This document shows positions 1 to 12,000 of a DNA stretch of 64,000 nucleotides, piece after piece. The stretch covers positions 28,149,978 through 28,213,977 of the forward strand of contig NC_068984.1 in the NCBI RefSeq assembly GCF_001194135.2. The letters are read 5' to 3'. Position numbers and translations under genes: made by a program. The first letter of the stretch is position 1. Each line of letters begins with the position of its first letter. Under the pieces are notes generated by a model. It was not told the DNA's origin, did not search any database, and saw nothing but the letters and a program-made list of their open reading frames with translations. This stretch comes from Octopus bimaculoides. Taxonomy: Eukaryota.

Positions 1-329
1 GAGTGTGTGGAATGGGCGGTGGAGGGGGGCATGGAATCGGGAGGGGGAGCGTCTGTTTATGTGTGTGTGTGTGCGAGCGCGCGTCTCTGTGTGCGTGCCT
101 GCGCATGTTTAGATAAAAATAGTGAAGATTGTTGAAGATAAGTTTAATGATTCCCCTTTTTCTTCTAAATTTGTAATTTAGTACTGCAGTTCCCTCCTCG
201 TTCTCATTTACATCTGATGGCCACTTTGAAAGGAGATGTAACTAGGCAGATGAGAATGATAGTGCAAGTGATATACTAGGTATGCCAAAATATCTGGTGT
301 AAAGGAAGGGGAAAAAAACCATCAAATAA

Positions 330-1920
330 ATTGGTACCAGTAGTAGTCAGTGTTAGACTGCAGAACTGGAGAGAGAGCTAAAACACCCGAAGGAAAGTGG
401 GAAGAAGATGACGAAGGGAAAGTTACCTTAAAACAACTGAACTCAAGGTTACGGAAAAATCAGTTCCAACTTCACAAGTTCGAGTCACTTTGGAAAAAGC
501 AAAGAGAGAGAGAGAGATAGAAAGTGCTAGGCGAAAACAGAAAAACACCTTTTTCAACAACTCCTTTCTGTTCGCACCTGACCGCCTTAGAAAATCTAAA
601 AGTAGGGGTTTTGATATCTTTTTAGGAAGTCGTGGCGAGCAGAGTAATAGCAGTGTGTGATGGTCCCAGCAAAATCATTCCATTGGGAGTCTATTGTTGC
701 TTCCTATTGCCAACACTCAAACGTCACCCCACTTTCAATATGGCAGTCTTCACTTTCAACGAAGTGAGGGCAGTAATGACAAGATGTCTGACAGGATCTA
801 CTTCAGGACGATTTGGCAACATATATAAGATTTAAAAAGAAACTCGCCACTGCTGCTGAGGAGGCAAGCAAATCATTTGCGTTTGATCTGGAAGATAGAG
901 AAGCAGGAATCTTGGCTCTAGACATTTGCTAAGGATTATTTTGTCCCCGAAAAAAAAAAAAAAAAAAAAAATTTCGAAAGCTCGCTCTATTAGATTTTGA
1001 GTGAAAGGTTTTTCTGGCTCTTCATAATCAAAAGAATAACATCGTATATTTTGGCCACCGAGTAAGTACATCGTCACGAGTATTCAGTACGGGAATGGGC
1101 TCGCAAGCTACTGTAGATGCCTTGAACATAGATCGGCAATCAGTCACCTTATCAGGAAGGCAAAGATGAATAACACCAAATTCTCAGTTGTAACATTAGA
1201 TTTCGCTAAAGCTAACTCGAATATGCCCCACCAACTAATTTATTATGTATTGCAGTACCATCAAGTACTAACAGCAGTAGATTAATGTCGTAATGTTGCA
1301 CCTGGAGCCACTGAAAATGGGGTTCACAGTAGGAAATTTCACTATCAGAGGGCATTAGGGCGGGGTAAGCATTATCCGTGAACTTATTCGTAGTGGCCAT
1401 GAACCTACTGCTAAACACAGGAAGAAAACATTCGAAAGAACCAGAAACTGACGTCAACAGAAAGATCTTCATAGATTGCATATCTGAAAGATCTTCATAG
1501 ATTGCATATCTCTCATAACACAATCTTTCCAAAGGACGCTGTGGATTCTGAGCTCGATGGAAAAGGTAGCCACACGGCCATGTATCAATTTCTGTTGAAA
1601 AGAAAGAAGAATGGAAGTGATACTATTAAAGGCTATTAAGTGTGAAGAATGCTCGGGAGAAAGGATTTTCCAACGTGGAACAGAAGAACCCACTTTTCCA
1701 GTTGACCGCAGTATAACAGACAAAGAAATTAAGCCTATGAAAGTACCGGAAACCACTGGACTATCATGTATTTCTTCTGAAATGCTTAAGGTATCTGGCG
1801 GCGTAAGATACGGTCTAGCTATCTGTATGGTCATGCAAGGTGTACCGGAAAATGTTTTACCCCATGACTTTCGTAGCAGCACTGTGGCCAACTCAAGGGT
1901 AAAGGAAGAGCCTTAGGGAA
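330..1920 (+). mobile_element. Decayed RLE-type non-LTR retrotransposon, reverse transcriptase region (HERO/NeSL-like, R2 superfamily); many stops and frameshifts
   Basis: Manual translation across frames gives colinear motifs: KNTFFNNSFLF; FTFNEVRAVM; PLLLRRQANHLRLIWK..DYFVPEK; FRKLALLDFE*KVF; VTLDFAKANSNMPHQLI; LKMGFTVGNFT; LSVNLFVVAMNLLL; IFIDCI (decayed FMDD); WILSSMEKVA. The order matches HERO-type RT as I recall it. Confidence 0.8.
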
Positions 1921-2658
1921 AAGTAATTCCAGAGGTATAAAATTACTAGTCTAGGTCATAAAAGTTACAGATAAATCCAATACTTAATTATGATAAGAAT
2001 TAGTGTAGTTGTGACAACTTCAGATGTATTTTGCTAGAGGTAAACCACTACACTTGATATTTTAGTTTATGTTTTAAATAAGATTTACTGATAGAGAAAC
2101 TTAATGCTAAAATTAGTGTCAAATTTATTATGAAATTCTTCTTAACTCAGTCATCATATTTCCCCCAACGGCTTACTCAATCAGACAGATAAGCATTTCA
2201 CTTTAAATAGGAAGGCAGGTGAAAAGATTCTTTAAATCAAAAGTTGTACTCAAATATCATTGTTAAATTCTTGGTAACAGCAACCTTATATATACGCCCA
2301 AAGGTCAGAAAACAAATTCAAAATAATTGGTACAGGAGTGGAAATGCGTAGAGTTTGAAAGGAAAAGGAAAACAGAAAAATATATTAAAAAATAAAACGA
2401 TTAAAAAACAATCAATTAGTAAATTAAAACGGTCTGATTAAACCAAAAATAAAAATTAAACAAATAAAATCAGTAATCAGTCCATTGGGAAAATCAAGGA
2501 AAATTAGCTTGGAAGGTTTTAACTCCACTTGTTAAATTAACTAAAACAAAACACTTGAAAATTTTATTTTTAAATATTTGAAATTAGTCTACGTGCTAAA
2601 TTATTTATGTGTGTGTGTGTGTATGTGTGTGTGTGTGTTTCTCTGTGTGTGTGTTTCT

Positions 2659-2696
<38 letters not shown>

Positions 2697-3689
2697 NNNN
2701 NNNNNNNNNNNNNNNNNNNNNNNNNNNNNNNNNNNNNNNNNNNNNNNNNNNNNNNNNNNNNNNNNNNNNNNNNNNNNNNNNNNNNNNNNNNNNNNNNNNN
2801 NNNNNNNNNNNNNNNNNNNNNAAAAAAAAAAAAAAAAATAAATAAATAAGTACAATTTATGCATATAGTTTAAAGTAAGTTTACAATCTAATATGTATAA
2901 TGTATTGAACGGAATCTCAGAACTAGTATAAATGTTACATGTGCCTGTTTACTGTGGATGTCTGATGAACGTAAGTGTTTAAGTCATTCGCCTTGAAAAT
3001 TACTGAAGTTATATGATGTGGATAAAAAATGAAAATATATTCTGTGTGAGTTGCAAGAAGTCTAATTAAAGAGAAAATGCTAATACTGAATTGCATGTAT
3101 ATCTAATAGTAGAGATATTTTATGCCCATCCCCCAAAACATGGTATAAGATGTACATATGAAATATATTAACTCTCATCTATGATATTTAAAAAAATTGA
3201 CTGCTAAGCAAATTATGGTGAGCTGAAACGTATTTTTATTCATATGCATACAAACTCGTTCAGTTGAGTGCTACATAAATTTCTGTTTAATGGAAGTAAG
3301 TAAATCTGCATAGAATAGAATAATTTGTATAAATCTATAAAAGCAGATAAAATAATGTATAAGGTAGCATTTTGGTAAATTAAGTAAAAGTATTTAACTA
3401 CTTGTCTAGAAATATTAAAATAGGTTCGAATTAAAAAGTATGTATAAATTGTTAAATGAAGCTATGTAAAATAGCGATGACCTTTATACCATACAAACAC
3501 ATGTATATATGTATGTATGTATGTATGTACGTATGTATGCATGTAAAAAGAAGCATGGGCTCAAAAATCACGAAAATATATACCCATGTATACAGGCAAA
3601 TATGCCCAAACGCACAAAACATAGCCGTACACCTAAGTACCTGACTATACATTCATGCATACGCTTCTATATGTACTTATATGCAAATG

Positions 3690-3724
<35 letters not shown>

Positions 3725-4169
3725 GTATGTATGTATGTATCTATGTATGTATGTATCTATGTATGTATGTATCTATGTATGTATGCATGTAGAAGGTTGT
3801 TTGTTTGGCAGGCCAGAGAGTGACCATTAGTTTCATACCAATAAGGGGCTAGGCTCTATAGGCGACTTGTCAGACTCAAATGGTTGGAGGCACATAACCT
3901 CTCTAAATCAGTACGCATGTGTGTGTATTTGTGTGTGTGTGCGCGCGCGCGCGTAAATATGTGTGTATGTGTTTGTGCACGCGCGTGTGTGTGTTCATAT
4001 AGATATTTTTACAGCGATAAGAGTTACCAAAGGGGATCCCTACATTTTCCCCACATCAAAGAAGAATTCACCCCGACTCATATAAAATTTACAGTAAATA
4101 TATACAAAAAACAAAAAAAAAATCAACCGTCTCTGACTCATAACATTTTAAATAAACATTACATTATTA

Positions 4170-5150
4170 ATACACACCAGTGAATTACAGCATCAAGTTA
4201 TCAGAAGAATTTCCAGATATTTTAGAAGAAACAAATGAAATAATTACTATTGCCACCCTAAATGTAGAATGTCTTTTCACCATTGTTCATTCGGTAGAAG
4301 CAGTTGAAATTATATTAGATCACGTATATACTAACCCAGATATAAACCCACCCATGATACCAGCGAAGTTATTAAAAAGATACCAATAACCTGTACAACT
4401 GAATTATTGCATCGCTCCCCATAAGACAAACTTACCTAAACGTACAAATGGAGTAGCTATGGGTTCTCCTCTAGGTCCTATGTTCACCACATTCTATTTA
4501 GCTAAAATAGAAAACGGAATAGCATTAGGCACAAACGTAATATATATTATGTAAGTAGGCGATATAATGAAATCGTAAAAAACCGTCGAGATGTATAATG
4601 AGAGAACAACTCAGCACTGAAATTTAGCATCTGAAACAATGCTAATAAAACTCTATTTCTAGACATTAAAATTAAGATTAGAAACGATAGATACATTTTG
4701 CCAGTTTACACAAAAAAAGAAAACACAAGATATGAGATATGCATATACCTATATGAAGATAGTGACTGCCCACATAATTACAAAATCTCTGTGGTAAAAT
4801 CATTACTTACAAAGTACTTAGACTCTGTTTCACAAATGCAACACTACACAATGAAATCAAGAGAATTAATTACCAACAGATATTCAAACCAATCTACTTA
4901 TACAAAAGTGTAATGCGACAAATACATTCATTAGTCAACACCCCCACTAATATATATATATATTAAGCACAAAATGAATCATGTGAAATGCATAGTGGGT
5001 ACAAAACACATGATAGTAAATATCATAAAACGAAATACATAATGCGTAACATGAGGGCATTAGCTTACACTAGTAATATATTACGAAAACATTAGCATCA
5101 TAAACATTCTTATTGATAACAGAGCGCATGCATGTAAACCTGAAATAAGG
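4170..5150 (+). mobile_element. Decayed Penelope-like element: RT domain, possibly followed by an eroded GIY-YIG region
   Basis: TLNVECLFTIV..AVEIILDHVY (cf. SLDVESLFTNVP), NGVAMGSPLGPMFTTFYLAKIEN, decayed YVDD (YIM*VGDI), LFLDIKI, PVYTKK..DCPHNYKISVVKSLL. Sequence after about 4920 is weakly assigned. Confidence 0.8.
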
Positions 5151-5160
5151 CTTTGAATAG

Positions 5161-5947
5161 TAGCGAAGCTAAAGCACGCAGAGTAAAGCCGCTTGGCACA
5201 GTTTTAACGTTCTATCTCACTTCCGTTGTTTACAGCAGTGCTTGGAAGCGGTGTAACGTGTGATCGTTGCATTGATCATGACGGAGAAATTTGAGTAGAG
5301 AATCTGCATCAAATTTTGACAAAAGTTTGGTTATACCTGCTCAGAGGCCTACGCAAAGTTTTCAAAATATTTTCATCGTTTTCGGTACAATCAAGGAGGT
5401 CTTTTTGGTCAGCTGTAAACAGTTTTGACACAAACATGACAGGCACGCATCTCATACCCAAATCTTCAACGATAAGGGACTGAACTGAACCGTAACTAAT
5501 CTGCACATCTGATAACTCACAGATGGTAATTTGACGATTTCTTCTCACAGCTGCACGCATATCTGCGATGTTTTTCTCAGTTCTGATGGCTGCAGGTCTC
5601 CCAGAACGTTCGTCACTATTGACATTTTTTCGGCCATCTTGGTAACATCTGAACCACTCGTACACTTATGTGCGACTCATACACTCCTCGCCATACGGTT
5701 TCTGCAACTTTGCGTAGGCCTCTGAACAGGTATAGCCATTACAACTTTTTCTGTCATGGTCAATGCGACGATCGCACGTTACGCACACTACTTCCAAACA
5801 TTGCTGTAAACAGCGGAAGTGAGCCAGAACGTTAAAATTTAGAGTGCATGCACAACAGAGGTTAAGGTCAATGCGTGCCAAGTAGCCTCACTCTGCGTGC
5901 TTTAGCTTCGTTATAACAGTCCAGATATGTATTTGTCAGACCTCATA
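5161..5947. mobile_element. Rearranged mariner: 5' half of transposase on minus strand (about 5361-5945) joined to an inverted second copy of the 5' end on plus strand (5161-5365)
   Basis: Minus strand reads GYTCSEAYAKLQKPYGEECMSRT*VYEWFRCYQDGRKNVNSDERSGRP (mariner HTH). TIR-like end TA-TGAGGTCTGACAAATACATATCTGGACT ends at 5947. 5161-5365 aligns with the reverse complement of about 5705-5910. Confidence 0.8.
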
Positions 5948-6439
5948 CACTGTCTCCATTCATCTGACAACGACTTTACAGCGCACTGGCTGTATTTATT
6001 GTAACACCGGCACTAGAGAGTTTCACTTACCCCAGTAATTCTAAAAAGGTGTTGTTTTTTTTTACTGTACGTTTTCTTCATTTCTGAGCAAACACAGTCA
6101 TGATGTGAATAGATGAGAGAGGAATAACAGAGAGAGAACTTAGCAAGAGGGTGAAAGAAGAGAGAATATTAATGAAGATAGACTAATGGAAGTAAAGATT
6201 ACTGTCGTATGCATAAGAGAAAGTTAGAAGGACTAAAGTGTGGCAATAAAGATAGGCGATGATCAATGATAGCAACAGAATTGTGATAGTAGGGGAGAAT
6301 GGTGAATGTTTTCTCTTTCTTCCTCTAATGACACAGGAGATGGATAGCAGTATAGGGGATTAGCATCAAGTGGTGATATGAATTAAGATCCAACGTTGGT
6401 CTCCATTTCCACACACATTTTGTTTTACTTTAATGGGTG

Positions 6440-6970
6440 GGGAGCCCTCTCCAGCACTGTGTCTCATCAATGTTACAGGTTCATTGTCTCCTTCTTTGCA
6501 AGTTTCAGCTTTTTGAGATCACTCTTCAGCATTTCATCTCATGTTTACCTGGTCTTCTTTTTCTGCAGGTTTCCTATGATAAGTATGGAGGCTATCAATA
6601 ATATAAAGAAGCGCTCAGCACGTCTATATGCTATTGATGCACCCTCCATCCATATCACATGCCCCAAACAGTATCGTCTTCTCCCTTTCTTTCCGCATCT
6701 TATATTGATTTCCTCTCAAATCTTTTGTGCTCCTGCATTTATGCATGCTAAGATTACATAGTCAGTGGAGCATGTTCACGTCATTTCTTTCTAACCTTTT
6801 CAAATTTTCTGCATTTAAAACCCACATGTTACTACCATGCAAAATTGCATATTGTACACAGGCCTTACAGAGTGTGCCCTTATACTTAGGGATAAACCTT
6901 TTTTTTACCAGCAGAGGTAGTAGCTCCCTGAACTTTTCCTCTCATTCTTCCTCTAGTTACTTTGCTTTCA
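6440..6970 (-). mobile_element. RTE-clade LINE, decayed C-terminal ORF fragment
   Basis: Minus frame: EKFRELLPLLVKKRFIPKYKGTLCKACVQYAILHGSNMWVLNAENLKRLERND, the typical post-RT region of RTE. Confidence 0.8.
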
Positions 6971-6987
6971 TAAGAAGGTCAGAGCTG

Positions 6988-7512
6988 AGGAAGGCGGTGA
7001 GCTGGCAGAAACGTTAGCACGCCGGGCGAAATGCATAGCGGTATTTCGTCTGCCGTTACATTCTGAGCTCAAATTCCGCTGAGGTCGACTTTGCCTTTCA
7101 TCCTTTCGGTGTCGATAAATTAAGTACCAGTTACGTACTGGGGTCGATGCAATCGACTTAATCCCTTTTTCTGTCCTTGTTTGTCCCCTCTATGTTTGTC
7201 CCCTTGTGGGCAATAAAGAAATAAGAAACGTTAGTATGCCGGGCGAAATGCTTGTTTGTCCCCTCTATGTTTAGCCCCTTGTGGGCAATAAAGAAATAAG
7301 AAACATTAGCGCGCCGGGCGAAATGCTTAGCGGTATTTCGTCTGCCGCTACGTTCTGAGTTCAAATTCCGCCGAGGTCGACTTTGCCTTTGGTCCTTTCG
7401 GGGTCGATTAAATAAGTACCAGTTACGCACTGGGTCGATATAATCGACTTAATCCGTTTGTCTGTCCTTGTTTGCCCCCTCTGTGTGTAGCCCTTTGTGA
7501 GCAGTAAAGAAA
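6988..7512 (+). mobile_element. Head-to-tail multimer of a tRNA-related SINE (family A), flanked by a 17-bp TSD
   Basis: Units at about 6990-7225, 7226-7300 (internally deleted) and 7301-7512. TSD TAAGAAGGTC(A/T)GAGCTG at 6971-6987 and 7513-7529. B-box-like G(A)GTTCAAATTCC present. Confidence 0.85.
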
Positions 7513-9464
7513 TAAGAAGGTCTGAGCTGGCATGTAGTCCATATTTACTCACTAAGTCTTGTAAGCTATTGGCATGACAGATGTAAAATTGTTTTTCACT
7601 TACACACTAAACACACAGTTCTTTTAAATCAAATCATATCTGGCAGGCATATATATATATTGTGAGCTTCCAGGTCTTGTTGCAAAATAATTGTACCAGC
7701 AATTTCATTGACTTGCAATTGCTAACATATGAGATTTCTAATCATTGAGGTATAATTGATAGCATTGAATATGCTCTCAAAGAAAGAAGATTGCTCCGAG
7801 CAACATGTGCTGGAAATCCCATTCATCCCATAACAGATGGTTGAAAGGAGATTAATTACCAATAAATTCTTTATTTCTAAGAAATATATTACAAATGATT
7901 CTGTTTTTAGGACATCTTATTCTAAAAATAGCAACTAATAATTCTCTTCTCTTATCTTTCCCTCTTAGAGATCTAAAAAGAGATATAAACTGATAGTTGG
8001 ATAGTCATTTACATTTTAACACAACGAACCACTAAGATATCTTACCACCGTCTTGGTAAAAGTTTTACTCATAATATTTACTATTTATCATCTATTTTCT
8101 TTTTAAGAAAACAGTTTTCTCCCTCAAGTCATTCCCTAAAATAAATTCACTTTTTATAGATTTCGAAAATTCAATGCTTAATATTTTCAATGTTTCTTTA
8201 TATCATCATTTCTTTGTGAAATTATTCCACTTGAAATTAAAAATAAATGGTAGATAAAAAATAAAATACATCAAATAAACAAACAAGCAGAGAATTGCTT
8301 AAAAACAATTTATATTAGATTGCAATTCAGAAATTAAATTAAATCATTGTATATAAAAGGAAAACAAAAAAAGCTTTTTGTATGGTAATCACTCTCAAAT
8401 GCTAATGCAACAACCCCCATTTCCACACACATACATATATTCACATTTAAACACAAATACACATTTATTAGCGCAAACACACTTATGCATTTACATTTAT
8501 AGACATTTATATATGCACAATGCTTAAAAATGAGACACAGCAAAAGAAATCGATAAAATAGTAAACAAAATACTTTATACCTACAATAAACACAAAAACT
8601 TAGACAGGAAAGAAAAAATAAGCAGCACCCTCACTCCCGACATTCATCCAGTAAAAGCTAAGAAAATTAAAATACTAAAAATATCTTTGATGACCATGAA
8701 ATAGAAAACTGTAAATACTAAACTTAGGAAGACACATTTTTTTTTTAGTTGAAATAAGGAAGAATATGAGGGGAAATCAAAAGAAAAGGAAAATAACTTT
8801 TATCTAAAATACCATTGGAAGCTATCTGAATGTTTGCAAAGCTTAAAAGGTTGTGAAGCAAAATGAAAGGAGAGTTATATATAAAAAAAAAAGATGGATA
8901 ATTTCCAAGAAAAGCTACTAGATGAATAAGCTGAATAAGAAACAAATTCAGCAAATTTAAAAACCAATATAAGAGAATATTCAAGGATATGAGAAATTCA
9001 AACACTTGCATGGAATTTCAAATGCAAGTTATGTAAATACAAGAGGTTGCTCCCTCGCCGAAATTGAATGGTTGGTTTTGTTGTTTATTGTCTTGTAAAT
9101 GTTTTTTTTCTTCTTTTAGTTACATAGTTCCAGGAGAAAGAACAAAGTCTATGGCCTCATGGCATCCTCCACTATCGGAAAGAAACTTTGAGATTAAAGC
9201 ATCTAATATTGGTTTCTTTACTTAACATACAAAAGTTGTATATTATCAAGGAGATGAAATGAAAAGTTACTTCATTCAAGTAACAGGTTTATACAAGGAA
9301 TTGAAACCACATTGTAATCTCAACTAACCACTGCACTTTTCATTTAATGTTTACTTTAAATTAATGTGTAAAGTAAACATTTAAAGTTTTTTAGAAAGGA
9401 TGGTAGATTGGTAAAATTGTTAGATCGTCATAAGAACTTCCTCACTGTATTTCTTTCCGGGCCT

Positions 9465-9605
9465 CAGTTCCTAGTTCAAATCGAGCTGAGGTCAAGTTTG
9501 TTTTTAATCTTCTTTAGGGTTGAAAACATAAATCAATAAAACACTGGGATCTGTGGTATCAACTGAGTCTCTTCCATCCACTCAAAATCGTTGGCTTTGT
9601 ACCTA
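9465..9605 (+). mobile_element. Highly diverged copy of SINE family A with the alternative (type B) 3' end
   Basis: GTTCAAATCGAGCTGAGGTCAAGTTTG..TTTAGGGTTGA..CACTGGGATC..CAAAATCGTTGGCTTTGTACCTAAAAT parallels the copy at 37367-37570. Confidence 0.55.
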
Positions 9606-10606
9606 AAATAAAATTCATTGTCATAGATTTGAAGGGTGAAAGTTCTTGTGAGATTCACACTAAACTGATATGAAGGCATGTTTTGCAGGAAATTTAAAAC
9701 TGATGAGAGAAAAAATTGATTCAAGCTGAAAAGGATAAATTCAATGAGCCATATTTGTAATCAAGTTCCATTCAGTTCAGAATCATTTGTTATCTAAGAA
9801 TGCAAGAGTGAATATAACTGACTAAAGTGGACCAGATAGTAAAGATTGCATCTTTAAACTATAATGATATTTGATATTTAAATTATAATATTGTTGCTAA
9901 TGTGGTTTCAGTAATATGTCTTCCTTGGAAGATGGACTGAAATTACTAGAGTGTTGAACTCAAACAATTAAAACATGGTTTTAATTACTAGTTTTAAGCT
10001 CAAACACTTGTACCACAGAAACACTTGCAAAGTATTACAGACTCTGCTGACCTCATTATTCATCTACATCCCTTGTTGTAGCATATATCTTACGTCAACA
10101 AACTGGTACGATTTCTAATTTGCCAAGTGTCTTTATTCATTTTTCTAATCATGCCCAAAGAACATTTGATTGCAAAGAACTTTTAAAACGTTAGCATAGC
10201 TATCTATTGGTTAATATGTACATGGGAAACAACTATTACGGTTTGAACACATAATACAAATGATCAACTTTTTAGGTGAAAATGCGTGAGAAATAGATCT
10301 CATGATAGAATCTGACAGTGCAAAAAGATGAAAAGAAACAGTGAGGTCAGATCAAAGAATTAGATAATGTAGAATCAAGCATAGTAGAAGTATGTCATAT
10401 GGCAGACCTGACCAACTTATAGTAGCATGGAAAACGTACTTTAAAATCTTGATGAAGATGTATTTGTTTGAGTGTATAAAACACAGAAAATCTGTTCCAC
10501 TTTAATCAAGACATGCATACATACATACATACATAAATACACTACACACACATATATATATATGTACATATATATATGCATGTATATGTATGTGTGTGTG
10601 TGTGTG

Positions 10607-10641
<35 letters not shown>

Positions 10642-11320
10642 CGTTTTTTATTTAGAAAAACATTAAAAAAATCCGAGGAGNNNNNNNNNNNNNNNNNNNN
10701 NNNNNNNNNNNNNNNNNNNNNNNNNNNNNNNNNNNNNNNNNNNNNNNNNNNNNNNNNNNNNNNNNNNNNNNNNNNNNNNNNNNNNNNNNNNNNNNNNNNN
10801 NNNNNNNNNNNNNNNNNNNNNNNNNNNNNNNNNNNNNNNNNNNNNNNNNNNNNNNNNNNNNNNNNNNNNNNNNNNNNNNNNNNNNNNNNNNNNNNNNNNN
10901 NNNNNNNNNNNNNNNNNNNNNNNNNNNNNNNNNNNNNNNNNNNNNNNNNNNNNNNNNNNNNNNNNNNNNNNNNNNNNNNNNNNNNNNNNNNNNNNNNNNN
11001 NNNNNNNNNNNNNNNNNNNNNNNNNNNNNNNNNNNNNNNNNNNNNNNNNNNNNNNNNNNNNNNNNNNNNNNNNNNNNNNNNNNNNNNNNNNNNNNNNNNN
11101 NNNNNNNNNNNNNNNNNNNNNNNNNNNNNNNNNNNNNNNNNNNNNNNNNNNNNNNNNNNNNNNNNNNNNNNNNNNNNNNNNNNNNNNNNNNNNNNNNNNN
11201 NNNNNNNNNNNNNNNNNNNNNNNNNNNNNNNNNNNNNNNNNNNNNNNNNNNNNNNNNNNNNNNNNNNNNNNNNNNNNNNNNNNNNNNNATATATATGAAA
11301 GTATGCGTGTGTGTATGAAT

Positions 11321-11622
11321 GCGCGTGGCTTAGTGGTTAGGGCATTCGGCTTACGATCGTAAGGTCGTGAGTTCATTTCCCGGCAACGCGTTGTGTCCTT
11401 GAACAAGACACTTTATGCCACCTTCTCTCAGCTGGCAAGAATGAGTAGTACCTGTATTTAAAAGGGCCGGCCTTGTCACACTTTGCGTCACGCTGAATCA
11501 CCCTGTGAACTACGCTAAGGGTACACGTGTCTGTGGAATGATCAGCCACGTTAATTTCACGAGCAAGTTGCTCCATTAATCTATCAGTTGGGACCCACAT
11601 CGTTGTAATCGACGGAGTGCTA
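11321..11622 (+). mobile_element. tRNA-derived SINE (family C)
   Basis: A-box TGGCTTAGTGG, B-box-like GAGTTCATTTCC, then TTGTGTCCTTGAACAAGACACTT and a non-tRNA body ending GACGGAGTGC. Confidence 0.75.
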
Positions 11623-11840
11623 TCTTGTGTGCACTGTTAGATGTACTACTGCTCCTGCAATAGTTAGAGCTCCACGTTGATTATCATTATCCAGACAGCT
11701 TCCAGTATAGCGATTAGTCAAACACTGTACTTCGTAGAGTTACCAGTTATGATATACAGAGCATATGTCGTGGAAAATTAAGATAAACACCAGTATAAAT
11801 ACTTAGTTCTTACGTATGTTTCATCATTTCAGTTATTTGG

Positions 11841-12000
11841 AATTCAGCATTGGATATTCCAAGCGCAATGGGGTGCCTAACAACTATGGATCATCAGGGG
11901 AAAAGTTTAGTGCATTCATAACAGGATGCAATAAAGCGTCCGCCGGATGATTTGTTTCAGTTAGACATCCAAATGCACTTGGAACATCCAGTGCTGAAAT
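11841..12000. repeat. About 160-bp imperfect palindrome, probably a MITE
   Basis: AATTCAGCATTGGATATTCCAAGCGCAATGGGGTGCCTAAC (11841-11881) matches the reverse complement of 11960-12000. Pairing continues inward to a short loop near 11917-11922. Confidence 0.7.

Noticed and set aside
1212-1891. Minus-strand ORFs that join into about 217 aa if the 26-bp duplication is removed; first suspected to be cadherin-like
   Set aside because: No cadherin motifs, and they are antisense to the HERO-like RT, which explains the sequence.
2962-3005. CTGATGA..GAAA hammerhead-like spacing
   Set aside because: Stem II pairs poorly and I could not build stems I or III.
9533-9600. Apparent terminal exon on the minus strand, YKANDFEWMEETQLIPQIPVFY*, with an AG acceptor
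   Set aside because: It is the antisense of a diverged SINE family A 3' end (9465-9605).
11321-11390. tRNA-gene-like sequences here and at 30990-31056, 35410-35480 and 59838-59910
   Set aside because: No complete cloverleaf, and each continues into a SINE body.
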